Assembly: GCA_045220475.1 (NCBI GenBank)
Contig: JBGUVW010000031.1
Span: 84,088-148,087 of the forward strand
DNA from: Bacteroidaceae bacterium
GTDB lineage: Bacteria; Bacteroidota; Bacteroidia; Bacteroidales; Bacteroidaceae
Length of the DNA: 64,000 nucleotides
Direction: 5' to 3'
Shown here in pieces: positions 58,661 through 64,000 of the stretch. Made by a program: the position numbers and the translations under genes. The first letter of the stretch is position 1. The number at the start of each line of letters is the position of its first letter. The notes under the pieces were generated by a model. It ran no database searches and was not told the DNA's origin. It saw only the letters and a list, made by a program, of their open reading frames with translations.

Positions 58661-60496
58661 ATGACAGTAAAAGAATTGGATCAGGTAGTTGTCCGTTTCT
58701 CAGGTGACTCCGGCGACGGAATGCAGCTGGCCGGCAACATCTTCTCCACTGTTTCGGCTACAGTCGGAAACAGTATCAGTACTTTCCCGGATTATCCGGC
58801 CGATATCCGCGCCCCGCAAGGTTCACTCACAGGCGTATCGGGATTCCAGGTACACATTGGTGCAGGTAAGGTTTACACTCCCGGTGATCAGTGCGACGTA
58901 TTGGTTGCCATGAATGCTGCGGCTCTCAAGACCCAGCTCAAGTATGCCAAGCCCAACGCCACAATAATCATAGATACAGACGCTTTCAAGAAGGCTGACC
59001 TTGAGAAAGCCGCTTTCCAGACTGAGGATCCCCTGGCAGAGCTGGGCGTTGATCCGGACCGCGTAATCGCATGCCCCCTTACCCAGATGGTAAAGGATGC
59101 ACTTGCAGACAGCGGTATGGAGGCCAAGGCCGTTCTCAAATGCCGTAATATGTTTGCCCTGGGTCTTGTTTGCTGGCTCTTCAGCCGTGACCTGGAGATT
59201 GCATTCAACTACCTGCGTGACAAGTTCGCCAAGAAGCCTGAACTGGCCGAGGCCAACATCAAGGTTATCCAGGCAGGTTATGACTACGGTCACAACACTC
59301 ACAGCAGCGCAGCAAACGTATATCGCATAGAGTCTAAGGAGAAAGAGCCTGGCCGTTACATGGATATCACCGGTAACAAGGCTACAGCATACGGTTTCAT
59401 CGCCGCTGCCGAGAAGGCCGGTCTTAAGCTCTACTTAGGTTCATATCCTATCACCCCTGCTACCGATGTTCTGCATGAGCTCTCCAAGCACAAGTCACTG
59501 GGTGTTACCACCGTTCAGTGCGAGGATGAGATTGCAGGCTGCTCATCGGCCGTAGGCGCATCATTCGCAGGCGCACTGGCAGTAACTTCAACATCAGGTC
59601 CCGGTATCTGCCTTAAGTCAGAGGCCATGAACCTGGCTGTCATCATGGAACTGCCGCTGGTTGTTCTGGACGTTCAGCGCGGCGGTCCTGCCACAGGACT
59701 TCCCACCAAGTCAGAGCAGACAGACCTGCTGCAGGTCCTCTTTGGACGTAACGGTGAGAGCCCCATGCCGGTAATTGCAGCCACATCACCTGTTGACTGC
59801 TTCGATGCCGCTTATCAGGCCAGTAAGATGGCTCTGGAGCACATGACTCCGGTTGTTCTGCTTACCGATGCATTCGTAGCCAACGGTTCAGCAGCATTCA
59901 AGCTGCCTAACCTGGCCGATTATCCCGCCATCAATCCTCCTTATGTTCCTGAGGAACTCAAGGGCACATGGACTCCTTATATGCGCGCTGAGAACGGAAC
60001 CCGTTACTGGGCTGTTCCCGGTCGTGAGGGATTCACCCACATCCTGGGTGGTCTGGAGAAAGACAGCCAGACCGGCGCTATCAGCACCAATCCTGAGAAC
60101 CATGACCTGATGACACGTCTTCGTCAGCAGAAGATTGACAACATCCAGGTTCCTGATCTGGAGGTTATTGGTGATATTGATGACGCTGACCTGCTGATTG
60201 TAGGATTCGGCGGAACTTACGGACACCTGCGTGCCGCTATGGATGAGCTCCGCGCTCAGGGCAAGAAGGTTGCTCACGCACACTTCAAGTTCATCAACCC
60301 GCTGCCTAAGAACGCCGCTCAGGTACTCAAGAAGTATAAGAAGGTGGTTGTTGCCGAGCAGAACATGGGTCAGCTTGCCGCATTCCTGCGCATGAAAGTT
60401 GACGGATTTGTTCCTTATCAGTTCAACCAGGTTAAAGGCCAGCCGTTCGTTGTGAACGAGCTCGTGAATGCTTTCAACGAAATCCTTAACAAGTAA
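58661..60496 (+). CDS. korA: 2-oxoglutarate (2-oxoacid):ferredoxin oxidoreductase, alpha subunit (fused gamma/alpha type)
   Basis: 611 aa. The N-terminus RFSGDSGDGMQLAG and the following domains are typical of KorA. Confidence 0.9.
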   Translation: MTVKELDQVVVRFSGDSGDGMQLAGNIFSTVSATVGNSISTFPDYPADIRAPQGSLTGVSGFQVHIGAGKVYTPGDQCDVLVAMNAAALKTQLKYAKPNATIIIDTDAFKKADLEKAAFQTEDPLAELGVDPDRVIACPLTQMVKDALADSGMEAKAVLKCRNMFALGLVCWLFSRDLEIAFNYLRDKFAKKPELAEANIKVIQAGYDYGHNTHSSAANVYRIESKEKEPGRYMDITGNKATAYGFIAAAEKAGLKLYLGSYPITPATDVLHELSKHKSLGVTTVQCEDEIAGCSSAVGASFAGALAVTSTSGPGICLKSEAMNLAVIMELPLVVLDVQRGGPATGLPTKSEQTDLLQVLFGRNGESPMPVIAATSPVDCFDAAYQASKMALEHMTPVVLLTDAFVANGSAAFKLPNLADYPAINPPYVPEELKGTWTPYMRAENGTRYWAVPGREGFTHILGGLEKDSQTGAISTNPENHDLMTRLRQQKIDNIQVPDLEVIGDIDDADLLIVGFGGTYGHLRAAMDELRAQGKKVAHAHFKFINPLPKNAAQVLKKYKKVVVAEQNMGQLAAFLRMKVDGFVPYQFNQVKGQPFVVNELVNAFNEILNK

Positions 60497-60508
60497 ACAC
60501 ACAGCACT

Positions 60509-61513
60509 ATGGAATATACAGCACAAGATTTCAAGAAGGGACAGCCCCGTTGGTGCCCCGGATGCGGTGACCACTTCTTTCTGGCTTCACTGCACAAGGC
60601 TATGGCCGAAATCGGAGTAGCTCCATACAATACCGCAGTCATCTCTGGTATCGGCTGCTCAAGCCGTCTGCCTCACTACATGGCTACATACGGTATGAAC
60701 ACCATACACGGACGTGCCGCTGCAATCGCTACCGGTTGTAAGGTTGCCAACCCTGACCTGACCGTATGGCAGATATCAGGTGACGGTGACGGTTTGGCTA
60801 TCGGTGGTAACCACTTCATCCATGCCAACCGCCGTAACATCAACCTGAACATGATCCTGCTGAACAACCGTATCTACGGTCTTACCAAGGGTCAGTACTC
60901 ACCTACCTCACCCCGTGGCTTTGTAAGTAAGTCAAGCCCCTACGGAACTGTTGAGGATCCTTTCCGTCCCGCAGAGCTCTGCTTTGGTGCACGCGGTCAC
61001 TTCTTTGCCCGCGCCGTTGCCACCGATGCTCCCGGCACAGTGGATATCCTCAAGGCCGCATACAACCACAAGGGCGCATCTGTATGTGAGATCCTGCAGA
61101 ACTGCGTTATCTTCAACAACGGTACTCACGATGCAGTTTACAACAAGGAGGGCCGTGCCAAGAACGCCATCTACGTAAAGCATGGTGAGCCCCTGGTATT
61201 CGGTGAGAACAATGAGTTCGGCATCATGCAGGAGGGATTCGGTCTCAAGGTCGTAAAGATCGGCGAGAACGGCATCACTCTGAAGGATATCCTTGTACAC
61301 GATGCACACTGCCAGGACAACACCCTGCAGCTCAAGCTTGCCCTGATGGGTGACGGTGACGGATTCCCCGTAGCTCTGGGCGTTATCCGCGACGTTGAGG
61401 CTCCCACCTATGACGACGCTGTTACAGCTCAGATTGAGGAGGTCAAGGCCGCCAAGAAGTATCACAACTTTGCCGAGCTCCTTGAAACCAACGACATCTG
61501 GGAAGTAAAATAA
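60509..61513 (+). CDS. korB: 2-oxoglutarate:ferredoxin oxidoreductase, beta subunit (TPP-binding)
   Basis: It carries PRWCPGCGDH and the TPP motif GDGDGLAIGGNH. Confidence 0.92.
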   Translation: MEYTAQDFKKGQPRWCPGCGDHFFLASLHKAMAEIGVAPYNTAVISGIGCSSRLPHYMATYGMNTIHGRAAAIATGCKVANPDLTVWQISGDGDGLAIGGNHFIHANRRNINLNMILLNNRIYGLTKGQYSPTSPRGFVSKSSPYGTVEDPFRPAELCFGARGHFFARAVATDAPGTVDILKAAYNHKGASVCEILQNCVIFNNGTHDAVYNKEGRAKNAIYVKHGEPLVFGENNEFGIMQEGFGLKVVKIGENGITLKDILVHDAHCQDNTLQLKLALMGDGDGFPVALGVIRDVEAPTYDDAVTAQIEEVKAAKKYHNFAELLETNDIWEVK

Positions 61514-61535
61514 AACAGAAAAACATACCCCAAAT

Positions 61536-61569
61536 AAAAGGATGGTCCACGACCATCCTTTTATTTTTT
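61536..61569 (+). terminator. Intrinsic terminator after korB
   Basis: 12-bp stem aaaaggatggtc/gaccatcctttt with a 3-nt loop, followed by a T-rich tail. Confidence 0.85.
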
Positions 61570-61698
61570 CCCAACCCCAACCTACAACGCACTTACGCAG
61601 GTTCAAACGTATTGGTGCGAGCGAATGCTTGGAGCGAGAACGCGGACCCGGAGGGCCGCCAAGCGAAATGAAATGGAGCGCATTTGCGTTAGCAAATT

Positions 61699-61748
61699 AA
61701 AAAAAGGTCCAGGTACAGCAAAGGCGGTCATCGAGACCGCCTTTGTTG
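61699..61748 (-). terminator. Intrinsic terminator after tRNA-Arg
   Basis: Stem aaaggcggtc/gaccgccttt (extendable with ggtaca/tgtacc). On the minus strand it is followed by a run of 7 T. Confidence 0.7.
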
Positions 61749-61820
61749 TACCTCCGCTGGGAATCGAACCCAAATTTAAAGTTTAGGAAACTTCCGTTCT
61801 ATCCATTGAACTACAGAGGC
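61749..61820 (-). tRNA. tRNA-Arg (anticodon CCT)
   Basis: The minus strand reads gcctctgtagttcaatggatagaacggaagtttCCTaaactttaaatttgggttcgattcccagcggaggta. The cloverleaf folds with two G-U pairs in the acceptor stem and a TTCGATT T-loop. CCA is not encoded. Confidence 0.85.
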
Positions 61821-61867
61821 AGACAGGTTTTTCACCTATTCGGCCGCGAAGATAGTGCTTTTTTGCG

Positions 61868-61875
61868 TAAGTTTG
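61868..61875 (+). promoter_or_regulatory. -7 box TAAGTTTG for the GH127 gene
   Basis: Exact consensus, 24 nt upstream of the ATG at 61899. Confidence 0.45.
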
Positions 61876-61898
61876 CAACAATGACAACTAAATAGAGT

Positions 61899-63890
61899 AT
61901 GAGAACTATCCGTAAAATCACTATTCCGTTAGCTATTATAGCTTCTGTTTTGTGCTTTACCGCCGCCAAGGAGAATAAACCGAGTTATCCCATAGGCAAC
62001 GTACCATTTACATCGGTCAAGGTTGCACCCGAGACATTCTGGGGCGACCGCATCCGTCAGAGCCGCGAGGTTACAATTCCGCTTGCATTCAGCAAATGTG
62101 AGGAGACAGACCGATACACCAACTTTGAGCATGCCGCCGCCAAGATGGCCGAGACAGCACGCGGTGACAACAGCAGCAACTACCGCCCCACGCAGTTCCC
62201 GTTTGATGATACCGATGTCTATAAGACCATTGAGGGTGCCAGCTATCTGCTCCAGACCTATCCCGACAAGAAACTGGAGGCTTACATAGACAGCGTACTT
62301 GATATAGTGGCAGCAGCCCAGGAGCCCGACGGCTACCTCTATACCGCCCGTACCATGAACCCCGCCCATCCGCATGACTGGTCAGGACCCACCCGCTGGA
62401 GTGCCGAGGAGAGCGGCAGCCATGAGCTCTACAACCTGGGGCACATGGTAGAGGGCGCCATAGCCCACTATCAGGCCACCGGCAGCCGCAAGTTCCTTGA
62501 CATAGCCATCCGCTACGCAGACTGCGTATGCCGCGAGATAGGTTATGGAGAGGGTCAGAAGGTGATAGTTCCCGGACATCAGATTGCAGAGATGGCACTG
62601 GCCAAACTCTATCTGGTAACAGGCAACAAGAAATACCTTGATGAGGCCAAGCTGTTCCTTGACAACAAGGGCAAGACCGCCCGTAAGGACACATATGATC
62701 AGTCACACAAACCCGTCATAGAGCAGGATGAGGCCGTAGGTCATGCCGTACGAGCCGGTTACATGTACTCCGGTATGGCCGATGTGGCCGCCCTTACAGG
62801 CGATAAGTCATACATAGATGCCATAGACCGCATCTGGGACAACATGGTAGGCAAGAAGATGTACCTGACAGGTGGTATCGGCTCAACAGGAGGCATAGAG
62901 GGGTTCACCCAGAACTATGACCTGCCCAACATGAACGGCTACTGCGAGACCTGCGCCGCCATAGCCAATGTCTATACCAACTACCGTCTGTTCCTGCTGC
63001 ACGGCGATGCCAAGTACATGGATGTGCTGGAGCGTGCCCTCTACAACGGAGTGATTAGCGGTGTGAGCCTGGACGGAGGCGGATTCTTCTATCCCAACCC
63101 GCTTGAGAGCCACGGACAGCATCAGCGTCAGGCCTGGTTCGGATGCGCCTGTTGCCCCAGCAATATCTGCAGGTTCATACCCTCAGTACCGGGTTATGTA
63201 TATGCAGTTAAAGACAACAAAGTATATGTAAACCTCTTTATGTCAAATGCCTTGAATACCAAGGTAGCCGGCAAGAACCTCCAACTTACCCAATCCACAT
63301 CATATCCTTGGGACGGAGACATTGATATTGTCATTGACAAGACCCCCGGAGAGTTCTGCCTTAATATCCGAATCCCGGGCTGGGTACGCAACCAGGTAGT
63401 ACCCACCGATCTATACCGATATACCGACGGAAAGACTCCCGGTTACACCGTAAAGGTCAATGGTCAGACGGTATCGGCATCACTTACAGACGGTTATTTT
63501 GGCATACAGCGCAAATGGAAAAAGGGTGATAAGGTAAGTATCCACTTTGACATGGAGCCCAGGATAGTTGCAGCACACCGTCAGGTCGTTGAGGATCGCG
63601 GCAAGATTGCCGTGGAACGCGGACCTCTGGTCTATTGCGCCGAATGGGCCGATAATGACTTCAACGTCTTGAGCACCCAGCTTCCGGTAAATGCCCAATT
63701 CCAGGTTATACCCACCCAAATGACCGTAGAGGGACGTGACTACCCCATGACAGCTCTTGAAACTACGGCAACAGACAACTATACCGGTAACCCGGCTCAC
63801 ACCCGCCAGGTTAATCTGCGTCTTATCCCCTACTACGCATGGGCACACCGCGGAAACGGAAACATGGAGGTGTGGATGATGCGTAAATAA
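61899..63890 (+). CDS. Glycoside hydrolase family 127 (beta-L-arabinofuranosidase-like, DUF1680)
   Basis: 663 aa with a signal peptide. The Cys-rich motif FGCACCPSNICRF and ETCA are characteristic of GH127. Confidence 0.9.
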   Translation: MRTIRKITIPLAIIASVLCFTAAKENKPSYPIGNVPFTSVKVAPETFWGDRIRQSREVTIPLAFSKCEETDRYTNFEHAAAKMAETARGDNSSNYRPTQFPFDDTDVYKTIEGASYLLQTYPDKKLEAYIDSVLDIVAAAQEPDGYLYTARTMNPAHPHDWSGPTRWSAEESGSHELYNLGHMVEGAIAHYQATGSRKFLDIAIRYADCVCREIGYGEGQKVIVPGHQIAEMALAKLYLVTGNKKYLDEAKLFLDNKGKTARKDTYDQSHKPVIEQDEAVGHAVRAGYMYSGMADVAALTGDKSYIDAIDRIWDNMVGKKMYLTGGIGSTGGIEGFTQNYDLPNMNGYCETCAAIANVYTNYRLFLLHGDAKYMDVLERALYNGVISGVSLDGGGFFYPNPLESHGQHQRQAWFGCACCPSNICRFIPSVPGYVYAVKDNKVYVNLFMSNALNTKVAGKNLQLTQSTSYPWDGDIDIVIDKTPGEFCLNIRIPGWVRNQVVPTDLYRYTDGKTPGYTVKVNGQTVSASLTDGYFGIQRKWKKGDKVSIHFDMEPRIVAAHRQVVEDRGKIAVERGPLVYCAEWADNDFNVLSTQLPVNAQFQVIPTQMTVEGRDYPMTALETTATDNYTGNPAHTRQVNLRLIPYYAWAHRGNGNMEVWMMRK

Positions 63891-63906
63891 CAGACAGAAG
63901 GGCTAT

Positions 63907-64000
63907 ATGAACAGATTATTGAGCACACTCATCATCGCAACGGTTCCACTGACCGTTACGCCACAACAGGTAAGCCTGCAAACAGCCATGGAGACTGCCG
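63907..64000 (+). CDS. Partial ORF, start of a secreted protein (possibly TolC-like)
   Basis: ATG at 63907 gives MNRLLSTLIIATVPLTVTPQQVSLQTAMETA. The VSLQTAMETA segment resembles TolC-family N-termini. It is truncated by the window edge. Confidence 0.3.
   Translation, partial: MNRLLSTLIIATVPLTVTPQQVSLQTAMETA

Noticed and set aside
59888-62706. Long antisense ORFs of 205-228 aa (59888-60574, 60932-61606, 62089-62706).
   Set aside because: Each lies opposite a strongly supported gene (korA, korB, GH127) in GC-rich coding DNA where stop-free antisense frames are common. The translations are Arg/Gly/Cys/Leu-rich with no motifs.

Overview
This 64-kb chromosomal segment looks Bacteroidota, of the Bacteroidales type. 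Exact TAnnTTTG -7 promoter boxes sit upstream of many first genes, and the gene content fits: DUF4369/TlpA-type lipoproteins, GH2 and GH127 glycosidases, fused SecDF, KorAB and many envelope genes. I call about 48 protein genes and 3 tRNAs (Asn-GTT, Leu-CAA, Arg-CCT). Most of the window is housekeeping or envelope biology. This includes manC-nhaC, a BASS transporter, a TolC-MFP-RND-RND efflux operon, greA, pnp, purT, argS, rnhA, secDF, korAB, lacZ-like GH2, and a probable lipid A/envelope remodelling cluster (MsbA-like ABC, PAP2 phosphatase, LpxL-like acyltransferase, two LTA-synthase/sulfatase-like proteins). The best candidate for an undescribed system is an AT-rich, tightly coupled six-gene minus-strand operon at 17494-22570. 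It encodes two paralogous small secreted proteins with a shared leader ending in AYA and a conserved C-x7-C pair. These are followed by a cUUCGg hairpin, a beta-propeller-like lipoprotein, a membrane-anchored CxxC thioredoxin-like protein, a Wzy_C (O-antigen-ligase-like)/TPR fusion and a dedicated S26 signal peptidase I. Other findings are two tRNA-linked integration scars: a 14-nt (19 of 21 extended) direct repeat of the tRNA-Leu 3' end bounding a 1.24-kb decayed element, and a duplicated tRNA-Asn 3' end plus terminator. There is also a 127-bp MITE/REP-like element with perfect 30-bp inverted repeats whose core GGGGACGGTTCT recurs in a second 50-nt palindrome. A tandem transglutaminase-like pair has a second copy that has lost the catalytic Cys and His. 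No CRISPR array, rRNA, transposase or integrase gene was seen. All protein family calls come from reading the translations from memory, and no database search was run.
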